A stretch of 64,000 nt of DNA from Microbotryum violaceum. Lineage: Eukaryota. This document shows positions 47,776-60,700 of the stretch, piece by piece. Numbering within the stretch: position 1 is the first letter of the stretch; every line of letters begins with the position of its first letter. Where the stretch lies: the NCBI GenBank assembly GCA_001244265.2, contig CDLV01000004.1:744001-808000 (forward strand). The letters run 5' to 3'. The notes below the pieces were generated by a model. That model ran no database searches, was not told the DNA's origin, and was given only the letters and a program-made list of their open reading frames with translations. The position numbers and the translations under genes were made by a program.

Positions 47776-50136
47776 TGAATGGTGCCGATGTCAGCCCACG
47801 CGCCGAGCAACCGGCTAGCGCGTTTTTCGCGTCGCGCCAAGACACCGCCCAGGGACAGGTACCGTCTTGTAATGGGAACTGCGCTTGTGGCAATCAGGAT
47901 CACGTCTTCGCTGCGATGGGACAAACCGGAAGCCAAGCCGGACCCGCCAGGAACAGCCACCGCTCGATGGGCAACCATCGTAGTAGAGGAGCCGCAAAGA
48001 GTCGCGCGGAGCACTACGCAAATGCGGACAAATGGGGCAAGATTGCAGATGGAAAGTTTGTCTGCGCAAACAACCAATGCCTCAACTGTTTCGGGTTTGG
48101 CCACCGGAAAGCTGGTTGCACCTCGAAGGACCCGGCCGGCAACAGAATGCGATACCTACAATCACTTCAAATCAACGTCCCGCTCCGAGGACACGCCTTT
48201 CACTTCGTGGAAGACCCCATCCCGATGAGCCTTGCCGATAGAATGGGCACCTCGTACCACTTCACAAATTACGCATTGGAAGTCAACGAGGAGATGGTAT
48301 TCCGCGCCGTCACCTCCAAGGAGAATCCGGAGCTCATTTTTGATACTGGAGCCACTGCGTCTCTTGTCAACGACAAGTCGCTCCTTTATGATTACGAAGA
48401 CTTGGATTCTCCTACTGTGATGGTTGATGCAACGGGAAACCGCACTCCGGCAATCGGGCGAGGCACGCTCAAGGCCGAGTTCAAGCTCGCCAACGGCACC
48501 GTGTCCAACATGTCAATTGCTCGCGTCCTGCACGTTCCTGGATTCGTCGTCAACCTCATCTCAGGACCATCACTTTGCAAGCAAAGTGTACGTATCGAGA
48601 TGGAACACGATCGCTGCGAGTTCGTTCAAAATGGCAAGACGTTTGCGATCGCCAAGCTCGTCGGTTCAAAATACATTTTTCAGGCTCGTCTCTATACCTG
48701 CAACCCAGTTGAAGCCCATACACTGACGGTCTCCGAACGCTCCAACTCCGCAGATCGCGAAATATGGCATCAACAATTCAGTCATTTGAATCTGCCCTGT
48801 TGGCTGGAGATGGATCGGAAAGGGACTATCATGGGTTTGAACAAAAAGGGGGGGGGGGGGGGGGGGGGGGGATTTTGACGTAGCTCAATGTGCGGGTTGC
48901 ATGCAAGGAAGAGGGTTTCATGCCAACATTCCCAAGGGGCCTGCCTCTCGCGCCGACAAGCCACTCCACACAATTCACACCGACCTATGGGGTCCCGTTT
49001 GTCATGAAAGCTTCAGTGGCGAGGTCATGGTCCTTGGCCTAGTTGACGACTACTCGTGTTTTCGATGGAGTGTTCCAATTGCCGAGAAGTCTGACGTGAC
49101 GACCACAGTCATCGAATTCATCGAAGAATGGAACAAAGTCGTGACTGCAACGTGTCTGTTTTTCACTCCAACAACGGTGGGGAGTTCATGAACAACGCCC
49201 TGAAGGTCTTCTTCAAGGATCGAGGGATTGAGCACAGAACCACAGTACCTTGCGCGCACTACCAGAACGGCCTCGTCGAACGGGGATGGCGCACCATGTT
49301 CGAGACGGTGCGGATCTGGCTGCTGGTCTCAGGGTTGCCACTGTCCTTCTGGGCATTCACATCAAACGCATTTACTTATGTGAGCAATCGTAAAACTACC
49401 GCCGCGTTACCAGGCTCGACACCTTTCGAAATGTACCACCTTCGCAAGCCCAATGTTTCGCGCGTTTGCGTATGGGGTTGCGTGGCATACATCAGGATTG
49501 CGCCGGAACGTCGTCCCTCGAAGATCGAACCGCCCCGGGTCAAGGCTCGCTTCATTGGCTATGCGGACCAGGGATGGATGTTCTGGCGGCCCGACACCAA
49601 CACGGTGTTTGTATCAGATGACGCGAATTTCGACGAGAGCTCTTTCGAGATTCAACGGGGGGAGTCAGACGAAGCTGCCCTTCGCGAGGATGCGCCGACT
49701 ACAATCTTCGGCGACGCTCCGGCCGACCCGGGCACCCTCCTCAACCTCAACCTCGATGGCGACAATGCTGTCGACCAAGATTTCGCTCCGACGGGGCCGG
49801 TCGAGCCCATGCTCCTGGTGCCGACGACAAGCGACGACTCCTGTTGCTGCCCGTCGAGCGTTGGCTGCGGGTGGCGATGGTCGAGATGCAACCCTCATCG
49901 GTCGGTTGAGCAATGTCTCCTGATTGTGAGCACACTCCCGCTGCGCCTGGTCGCGAGCGCCCTCCAGACAATGGCGGTAGAGTTCAACACAGTAATGGTC
50001 AAGAGCTTGCTCCTATTGTCCCCAACGGTCGAGCGCCAGCTCCTGTTGTTCCCAACGGTCAAGCACCAGCTCCTATTGCTGGCGACGGTAGAGCACCGCC
50101 TCCCGTCGCCTCCGTCGCCCGTCTGATGATGCTGAC

Positions 50137-53100
50137 TGTTGCAACAAAGACTAAGAGGTACTCCACGACTCAGCTCCGAGATACACGAGTGAGATGATGA
50201 GAATAGTGTGGAGAAGGAACCCAGAAGGAAAAAAGACGCAAAGACAAAGATAGGCGCGCGCGCAAAATAAAGTATTAACCAAGACTAATAGCAATGAGTT
50301 AGGCTCTCAGACCCCACTTCTAACACTCCCACCGGTCAAAGAGACTAACGAGACCATTCCAAGTAGCGCACGAAGTTGATCAAAGCGTTGAAATCCCAAA
50401 GGCTTCGTCATAATATCCGCGGCATTGACGTGGGTAGGGCAGTATTCAAGTTCGACCTCGCCAGAAGCAACCCGTTCTCAAACGAACAAATGAGAAATGT
50501 CGAAGTGCTTGGTTCGCATGTGATCGACCGGATCCTTGGCGATCTGGATGCATGCGGCGTTGTCCTCTTGAATGATAGTAGGCTGTGCTTGTGGAATGCC
50601 GACATCACCAGCCAAACGACGGAGCCAGATTGCTTCACGAGTGGCTGAGGATGCAGAGAGGATTTCGGCTTCGGTAGTGGATGTAGCGATCATAGATTGT
50701 TGCTTCGACTGCCAGGAGATAACGCCGCCAGCGAGCATTGATGCATAGGCTCCACCGATCTGCAAGATTCCGGGTCATCCGCAAACGAGGCATCGGAGTA
50801 GACCATCAATCGAGTTGTGAAACTGTTTCGATAAAGAATTCCCAAATCGATGGTGCTGTTGAGGTAGCGAAATATACGCTTGACCGCAGCCCAATCATCG
50901 ACAGTTGGACAGGACTTCTTTTGAGCAACGGCACGAACAGCAATCGCGATATCGGGTCGACATCGAGTGGACGCGTACTGCAGGGAACCCACAGCCGATT
51001 GGTACAATGACACATTGGCAAACGGAGTAGCATTGATTCGAAGCGAGGGCGATCGTCCATGGGCGTGATTGCACGGCGCTTGGATGGAGAAGCGAAATCG
51101 AACTTCTCGAGCATAGTGCGGACATACTTGCTTTGGTGAACGAGGATGTAATCTTTGGTGCGATGAATTTCGAAGCCCAGGAAGTAGGAGACGGGTCCGA
51201 GACGCTTGAGCTGGAAGGCCTTGTGAAGCGATCCGAGCTCGGAGTCCAAGAAGGACTGATTGTTGGACGCGATGAGACCGTCGTCAACATAGAGAGTGAT
51301 GATAGCAAACGAAGTGCCCGAATGTTTGATGTAGAGGCAAGCATCGGCAGTTGCCCTCATGTAGCCTTGAGACACCATGAGATTGTTGACGGCTTGATAC
51401 CATTCACGGGCGCCTGTTTGGTGCCATACATGGAACCCACGAGCTTGAGGCACTTGCCAGGGGATTGAGGATGATTCCATCCTTTTGGGTATCGAACATA
51501 GACATCCTCGGTCATCTTGCCGTTGAGAAAGGCGCAGTCGAAATCGAACTGTTCGAGATACAGGCCCTGAGCAGCAGCCAGAGCAATCAAGAACAAAATT
51601 GTTGAAGAACGAGCGACAGGAGCGTAGGTGTCATGGTAGTTGATGCCTGGGTGTTGAGCAAATACTTGAGCAACGAGACGAGCTTTGAAACAAATGATTT
51701 TGCCGTTTGCATCGCGCTTGATACTGTAGACCCAGATCGTGCCGAGTACCCGAATTCCTTCGTGCCACTTGACTTCCTGAAAGACTCCATGATGATCGAA
51801 TTGTAGAAGTTCTGAGACCATTGCCGCACTCCAATGGTTGCGATAGGTGACTTCATGGCTTCCTCGAATGTCTTGGGTATCTCGATGTCTTCTTCGGCGA
51901 ACACGGCAGCACAGTAGGCATCGTAAGAAAGCTTGTCGTGGAACATGGGTGGAGTATCCAAGACATCGACCATGATAGCCGAAATGATGGGAAGTATATT
52001 TTCCGGAGGTTGAGGTCGACGACGAGAACCAGCAGGAAGGATGTTGGAAGGATCAACATTCTCGAATTGGCCAGGATTTGGACCAGTGCGAACGATGGCG
52101 TAACCTTCACGAGGAGCGAGAGCGACTTCCGCCTCACCGTCGAGTGGTTCTTGAGGAACGACTGCAAGATACCCCCCTGTTGACCAACTCCAATTGGAAC
52201 CACCGGAGGAGGCTGTGGATCCGGCAAAGTTGGATCCACAACAGGTGAAGTTGGTGTAGACGGCAACACATCTGGCGGAGGATGAGGAGGATGAGGAGGT
52301 TGAGAATGATGAACGGGATCAGAAGCGTCCGCACGATCTTGAGACGAAGTGACGACGGAAGGAGTCTCAAGGAATGTGACGTGACGCGAAACGTAGACCT
52401 GTTTCGACGATTGGACCCAGACACGGTAGTTGTATTCACCGGAGTACCCGATGAAAACTCCCTGAATGGAGCGAGGTGCAAGCTTGGAGCGACGCTCCTC
52501 GGGAACGTGGACAAACGCCGTAGATCCGAATGGCTGAAGATGAGCAAGACTAGGCTTCTTGCCAAGAAGAACTTCGATTGCCGTTTTTCCTTGAATACGA
52601 GGATGTGGTCGACGATTGAGAACAAATGTCGCGACGGCCAGAGCATCTGACCAGAATTGCATGGGAAGACCGGAGTCGAGGAGCATTGATCGAACGAGAC
52701 CCATGAGAGATCCATTGAGTCGCTCTACTTGACCATTTTGCTCCGGAGTATAGGGGGCCGTGAATTCCACGATGATGCCCTGCTTTTCAAGAAGAGCCCG
52801 GAACAATGAGTTGTCGAATTCACGACCATTGTCCGATCTGACCCTCTTGAATTTTCTGTTCTGACCCGTTTGACGCTCGGACTCGGCTTGAAATTTCGAC
52901 CATGCTTCGATAATCGTCTCAGCCCTCTTGTCCTTTAGCACGATCGTCCATTTAGCCGTCGAATATTGATCCACGATAGCGAGATAGATAGTATCGCCAT
53001 GGTGATTGGGATGTTCGACAAACCCGAGATCGATGAAGACGCGGTAGAGTGCATGAGGCGCTTCGGTACTCTTGTTGGAGAAGGGTGATCGCTTTGACTT

Positions 53101-54862
53101 GGCCTGGATGCACGAGAAGCAAGGAGTAACCTTTTCGTCCTTCAGAGTGATGCCAGTGATAGCCCCGGATTTGACGGCCAAAACGATCGCCGCAGGAGAT
53201 TGATGGCCCAACTTCCGATGTGCTTCCATCAACGTACAGGTTCCAGTGAGACGCTTAGCTCCGACCATTGAAGGCGGTGAGGATGACATGATAGGCTGAA
53301 CGGGAGCTGCATCCATGACAAACCCCCGACCAGGAAGCGAGCGCAGAATCGACTTGCCGCGGATGCTGAAAATGAGATTGCTTTGGGGACCAACAGCGTA
53401 CATCATCGATTCCAACAGACGGTCGATGGAGATAAAACCGCATTGAGCACCGGGCATGTAGTAGACCCTCTTAATGGTGATACGAGCGCCATATGAGGTA
53501 AGAAACGTCACTGAGCCATGACCGGGAGATTCGATTTGAGATTGATTGGCGACAGAAATTTTGAGAGGCTCAGAGACAACGTCCGATAGGACCGACTTGT
53601 CTCCAACGCAATGGACATTAGCACCCGAGTCAATGATCCATGGAAAACGTGGCATCGTTCACGAATAGGGGAAAGTGTAGGTCATCAATGCAGATTCATC
53701 TACACCAATGGCAGCTACGTTCGAATTTGAGTCCGAGGAAGCGGGAGCGCTCGCATCCTTGTTCCTGCTTGGACAGAGACGCCAACCACGCTCGTGTCCC
53801 AGTGCTTTGCAGCGCGAACAATACGACTTGGAGTAGTCCTTTTGCGCCGTGGTGGAAATACGGGTGACGAGGCTAGTATTGTCAACTATCCGCGCGGATA
53901 ACGATTCCTTTTGTTTGTTTCGGGAATCAGCCATTTCGACGTTCATCAGGAGTTTCGGATAGAACGTGTTCCAATCCATGTGGATGTCGATGTCGGAGGC
54001 AAGGTTCCCAACGATCGAGTCATACTGGGCTGGGAGCGACCAAACGAGCATGCCTGCAAACAGCCAATGCGGAAGCGGAGCTCCGAGGTTCTGAAAATCG
54101 GTCATGGCGATCTTGACCTTGTTGACGAATTCCTTAAAAGGAATATCCCCAGAGTAAGGTTGCGCTAGAGTGTTGAGGAGGTCCATAGTGCGACTCGGGC
54201 GACCGTGAGAGTGGAGACCACGGAGGGTGTCCCACATCTCGTACGCCGAGGTAAGATGAATCAAGTGAGACATCTGTTCCTCAGAGATCGAATTGGCGAT
54301 GTACTTGCATGCCAAATCGTTGCGGCGGATGACCCGTTCGCGATATTCCGCGACCTTGTCCGCAACTTGAACGCTGGTGAGCCTGGGCGAGGCGTCCGAG
54401 TGCGCAGAACCAGAGCCCCCCCCAAGCCCGCTAAAGTCGGAGGAGGCTGGTTCAACTGGCGCGACGAACGCAGTTGCATGTGCGATAACGAGCGTGGACC
54501 GATAGTCCGCGACAAGGGAGTCGATGGATTGATTGACGACATCCCATACTTTGTCGGCTCGAAGATTGATAAACGCACGTTGTGACCAGCTCTTGTACCC
54601 TTGTGTGTCCTTGAGATACAAGTGATTGCCCGACCCGTTGGGGAAGTCGGATTCGCCCGTTGAGCTCATAACCTGTTGCAACAAGGACTAAGAGGTACTC
54701 CACAACTCAGCTCCGAGATACACGAGTGAGATGATGAGAATAGCGTGGAGAAGGAACCCAGAAGGAAAAAAGATGCAAAGACAAAGATAGGCGCGCGCGC
54801 AGAATAAAGTATTAACCAAGACTAATAGCAATGAGTTAGGCTCTCAGACCCCACTTCTAACA
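50137..54862 (-). mobile_element. Full-length Ty1/copia nested in a copia
   Basis: 189-bp LTRs 50137-50325 and 54674-54862; TSD CTGAC; PBS GGTTATGAGC; WIIDSGA, RSDNGREF and LYVDD motifs. Confidence 0.96.
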
Positions 54863-56521
54863 CTGACAACAACCCACCTGATCCGAATCAGATTCCTGAG
54901 ATGGCTACAAGCCGGTGGTGCCTACGACGGAGCGGACTTCCGAGTTAGCCAAACGCTGGGGTGCTCTTGCAGGGTCCCACCGTCGGGGGGGGGGGGGGGC
55001 GGAGCAGCAAGCAATGTTTGTCAACGTGGGGACCATCTTGGGAGATGTGATTCCCCTCAACGAGCTTCCAGAATGGGAACAAGTCCTCAACGTCGTCGTC
55101 AACCTCAAAGAATGCAACGATTGGACCAACCTTTTGTCGATTGTTCAAGGATGCACCGAGGGCATCAGCCGAATTATGGAACTTGAAGCGTACCAGGTCT
55201 GGACCGGAAGTCCCGACGAGCCAACATACAAGCAAGCGATGGCCGGCGAGGATCGCGAGGATTGGTCCATTTCCCTCATGACCGAGTACTCGATTCTAAA
55301 CGGCATGAACACATGGGACAAGGAGGCCACCGATCCGCCGCCAGGGGTTCGGGCAATCCCAACGAAGGTTGTCCTCACCCGCAAGCGGAATGACAAAGGT
55401 GACATAATCAAGTACAAGGCAAGGATTGTCGCACGGGGGGATCTCCAGAACCATCACGGGGAAACATTCTCACCGACAGCTTGAATCGCCTCCATCCGGA
55501 TGATCAACGTCATAGCTCACGTCAAAGGGTATCGGCGGCTTCAGTTCGACGTCAACAGCGCATACCTTCACAGCCACATCACCAAACCACTATGGATCAA
55601 GCTGCTGGACGGTTCCACCCATCGACTGCGCAAATCCCTGTATGGTCTCAAGCAGTCGGGTCGTGAGTGGAACAAGGTCTTGCATGCTGCGCTCGTCGAT
55701 CGCGGTTTCAAGTGAATGGAGGAGGACTTTGGGGTCTACCGAAGGGTTCGCAACATCGGGGGCGTCGATTGCACGGCTCTCTTGGCCATCTACGTCGACG
55801 ACGGTCTTCTTGCCGGCGACAACAATCTCGAAGGGTTCCTCAGCGAGTTCGATCAACAATTCAAGCTCAAGCTCGGCGAGGTCGAGTCATTCCTGGGGAT
55901 GAAGATCGCCACCGATGACGCATCGGGGATCATGACCATTGACCAGTGCCACCAGATCGAGACCATCCTGAACAATCACGGGTTTGTGAACGCTTCCGCG
56001 GTGGCAACCCCAACCTCCGACAGCGATCAGCACTCAGATGGAGGTACTGCTCATCTCAAAGCTCAACTATCGCCAGGTTGTTGGTGAGCTCCTCTGGGTC
56101 TCAGGATGCACAAGGCCCGATATATCCTATGCGGTCACCCAACTGTCAAGACACTGCGCCGATCCGAAACCGGAACACTTTAGGCAAATGCGGCGAGTTC
56201 TTCGCTATCTGCGCGGCACAATTAATCACCGACTCGAGTACAATTGGCACTTGGGAATCGATGTGACCTTGTACTGCGACTCGGATCATGCAGCGGAGAA
56301 ATTGGGGCGTCAATCAATTTCGGGTTACACAGTCATCATGGCCGAGGCGGCGATCACATGGGCGTCCAAGCGCCAAGTATCGGTTGCCACCTCCTCCGTC
56401 CAGGCCGAGTATCAAGCTCTCTCGGCTGCTGCCTGGGAGACGCTGTGGATTCGCTCTCTGCTGTTCTCACTCGGGTTCCCTCCGTCTTCACCCACCATCA
56501 TTCATGGGGATTCAACGGGAG

Positions 56522-56852
56522 TGTTGCAACAAGGACTAAAAGGTACTCCACGACTCAGCTCCGAGATACACAAGTGAGATGATGAGAATAGCATGGCTTT
56601 GCAGTAACTAACCTAAGAGGTACTCCACAACTCAGCTCTAAGATACACGAGTGAGATGATGAGAATAGCGTGGAGAAGGAACCCAGAAGGAAAAAAGACG
56701 CAGACATTTTTTTATTTTTATTTGATAGACTTCATTAACAGCATAATTATATTAATACCTAGAAATCTTCGGAAAGATAGGCGCGCGCGCATAATAAAGT
56801 ATTAACCAAGACTAATAGCAATGAGTTAGGCTCTCAGACCCCACTTCTAACA
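56522..56852 (-). mobile_element. Rearranged solo LTR of the 50137-54862 family
   Basis: TG...CA ends and TSD GGGAG. Removing it restores the RNase H sequence GDSTG|AIAL. Confidence 0.92.
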
Positions 56853-57796
56853 GGGAGCAATTGCTTTGGCCGATCACCTGACCTCACACGCGACCACCAA
56901 GCACATTGCAGCACACTACCACTTTACTCGAGAACTTGTCTCGAACGGCATCATCGAGCTCCGATGGATCAGGACCAAGGAGATGGTCGCGGACGGATTC
57001 ACCAAGGACTCTCGCACGCACCGCATGAGTCCTTTGTTCGGATGCTTGGAATGGTGGATGCTCCCTCGCCAGGGGGCGTGTTGGAAGGGACTGCGCGAGC
57101 AGTAATGGCTAGAAGCGTCTTTGGGGTTTTTGGGTAGTTTAAGCCATTTTTGGCCAGGGAGGCGCGGACTGCGTCAGCGGCTGTGCAGAGTCCTCTTGAT
57201 TGGTTCCTCACCAATCATTGACTCTGCTATCAACCGTTGACTGAAGTTCGTGTTCTCGTCTCCCTGGACCAAAGATCGCCTCGCATCGAAATTTAACTGT
57301 TGCCGCCGCGGCCCCGGCGGCTGCGGCGGCTGGCCCGGCGAGGCCTTGCCTCAACGGCCGCCATTGTAGTTCATGGCAATCCACATCTCTCATCTGTACT
57401 GCGCCAGAATAAAGAGCCATTCTTTGGACCCGTGGGGTAGAACTTCTGCACATGCTGTACAAGCCCTACACCATGCCTCTGTCCAGGCGGAGGCCTATGT
57501 ATTTTGGTACACTGTCAGCACCATCCCGGAATTACCTCCTACTCCCAGTACCATGGGCGATTACACCAGAGCTCCAGAACCATACCCGGACTGGCAACCT
57601 AGCGCCGCCGGGACCGTCCCGAGGTCATTCCAGCGTCCAACTTTCAGGCCGCCACCCATGTCCAGGGAGTTGCCGGCGAAGCGGAAAAGGAAAAAAAAGA
57701 AAAGAAGGGAAAAAAGGGAGGATGTCATACATTGCCAAAATAGGTATACATGTAATGTAATGATTCCACACGGTCTATACTACGGCTAAACAGGCG

Positions 57797-60700
57797 TTAC
57801 AGATACAGTCTGATTAAGCACAGAGGTCTGAGCCTGAGCAGCACTCGCGTTTGGACACAGACAGTCCTCAGCTTTCTAGCCTTGCCTTTCGTCGCCTTGC
57901 TATCCACACCCTGACAGAACCGTCGAGAGGGCGGATTTCCTGCAATCATCTCATCGGACTCCCCAAACTCCCTCCCGCAATCTGCGCACGGATTACGGCA
58001 CGGGTCTCGCCCCGAACCTTGCGAGCCTTTTGCTCGGCAGTCCGCACGTCCGCAAAAACGACAGTGCTTTTTACGCCTTTTTCCGGCTCCCTCGACTCCA
58101 TTATCAGCGGTCAAAGCAAGGGTCGCCGCACTTGTTTCTTGGAAAGCCTGTATGGCGACAGTTTGAGGTTCTGAAGCGACCACCTCCGCTTCCGAGCGCC
58201 GCCCCAGGGTTGGCGGAGCATGTCCGATCAAAGGTTTTGCCGGCAGCATGTCGACGTCTTGAGTGCAATCTGGGTCAAGCACTTTTTTTTGGAGCGTCTT
58301 GATGTCATCCCCTGCCATTGCCAAAGTTGCTTAAGCATTGGCGAGCGTCGTACTTTTTGACATCCAAGTGATGATGTGCTCGGGCATCTATTGAATGGCA
58401 CGAACGTCGTTAGCCCGGTTTGCGTGCGAGTCGGTGTGAGTGAAAGAACGCCCACTTTATAGAAGACACCATCACCATCTGCGTACTGATTCCAATCTCG
58501 AGTTATCTTGTTCACGCGCTTCTCTTCGCTCCAGTCTGGTGGCACGCGGCTGAGCAAGTACTTGAAGAGCGCGCGCTCTTTTGGAGAGTGCTCGTGCAGA
58601 ATCACAAATCGAGTTCCTTGGCGTTCAGCAAGCCAGTCATGCCGAGGCTTCAGACGTTGTACTGTTAAAGTTGTCGATGTTGGCCAGCTACGTGGTTTCC
58701 ACTCGAGAGGTTCCGAGCGTGGGACAGGGGTGAGAGGCACATACGTCTCGAGGTTGAGCCCTGACTGGGAGCTCTTTAACAAGTCGACGCGTGCCACACC
58801 TAAGCGCTCCGAGGACTCCGCGTATAGCGTCGGATCGATGATCTTGGAGGCTGTGGACTCGCGGACAGGCAAAAGATGTGCGGTTTTTTGTCGCAGTCGA
58901 TACAGATCCAGAGTGAGCCATAAGTCGAAATGACCGATGAAAGCCACCCCAGTTCGATTGTATGTGCCAACCTGCAAGTTTGAATCGTGAATGAGCTTCT
59001 TGTTGCATGTAGTCAACACGACCGATACACGTGCCGACTGACTGTAAGATTGTGTCCTAGTACATAGTCCAGCAGGCGAGCGTTTGCATGACGCGGAGTG
59101 ACGCCTGACTTAGCGAAGCGCGCGCGGAGATTTCGATGGATGCCACCTTCGAGGCCGTTCTTGCCGCGCCAACCTGAATACAAGCGGACACCATCATCAG
59201 CTTGTTCCATCAGGTCCACGACAACGTCCGAGGTCGGTGTAAAGCTCGATGCCCACTGGATCAGAAAGCTGTCCCTTTCGAACGATTCCGAGACATCTTT
59301 TCGCGGCGAGGAGTGCAGCCTTATTGAAGAGGGGCTGCTTTGTTTTAGCATCGAGCAACGACCCGAACGCCTCGAAAACTTCCCTGACCAATGGCTCAAG
59401 AATGCTTGGAGGAGGAATCGTTCGTCGGACACGCTTCCAGATGTATTTGGCGTGAGCGGGCGACCGTGTGGCTTCGTCGAAAGTCATCATCGCTTTGGCG
59501 ACTCGTATCGACACTAGGTACTTGTCGTCTAGGTTGACGACATAGATGGCATCGGAGAGAGCGCGAAGGAAAGCTCTTGTAGCTCCGTGCTTTTTCGATA
59601 GATAGATCCTCTGGAAAAAATTGGAAAGGATCCATGAGAATTCGGGGTTGGGGATCATCGAGCAACGAGGCTGACCAGATGAAAGAGATGAAAATCGAAT
59701 GAGCCTCAAATCAAACTCAACCTAGGAACCGGAGGGACCAACCTTTGTTTCCGTCGGCAGCGTCTAAGATGGCCGAGATCTCAACCGCAGTCGTCTTGCA
59801 ACGTTCGAGTAAGAGCGCTTCTTCGAACTCAGCGGTCGCCGCATCGAGACTGTCGTTGAAGTCCTCCGTGTGCTCTTCCATCTCCGTTTCTCTCGTGCAG
59901 GAATTCGCTACGGCGCCAACGTCCAGTGCTTTTGAAAGCGAAGATATCTGAGCCGAGGACAGCGACGGCTTGTGAGCGGACGTGAACGTGTGAGCTGAGC
60001 TGTGGACGGAACTCTCGATGGTGACCTCATCGTCCAAGTCGACCACGAGAGCATCGAGCGCAAAAAGCAACGGGAATGATCCGTCACCGCATTGGGAGCG
60101 AACGTTGCTGTCAGTGTTCTGTTTAATTGAGAACGCTCGTAAGGCCAAAAGATCACGCTGTGGAAAGTCATCGCAGTTGGTGTTGTATTTGGGAACGAAC
60201 GCTCCAGGAATGAGGATTTGCGTGATGGCAACGACAGCGCGGCTCTTGTCCCATTTGAATCCGTGAAACTCGGGTGGAGGCGCGCACATTTCGTTGATCA
60301 AGGAATCAACTGTCTGGATGACACCCCCCGCGATTGGACGATCAGGTTCATACATGATAGCGACTTGAGTGCCCACACGCGGAAGTACCAGAGGCGACAA
60401 TGGTCGCGTGTGACTTTTACTGATTGCCTTGTAGACGAGAAGCGACGCGTAGGTGTTGAGTGCAGCGTACATGATGTGGCGTGGGGGCAGCGTCGTCTCA
60501 GCCCAATCCATTGATCGACGAACTGATTCGTCTTTCGGCAGCCGTTTCTTGAGGAAGCGTTTCGAAAAGTGCGCGAGGCTTCGAGATCCAACTCCTCTCC
60601 CGAGCATGTGGCCGTTCAGGTTCGCGTGCTGCGCCAGGTCCAATCCACCGCAATGCTTGAAGGTTTCGGTAAGACTGATCGGATTCTCCTCATCGATCGC

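Noticed and set aside
49965-50100. 30-bp tandem repeat (NGRAPAPVVP-like)
   Set aside because: Ordinary low-complexity linker between copia integrase and RT.
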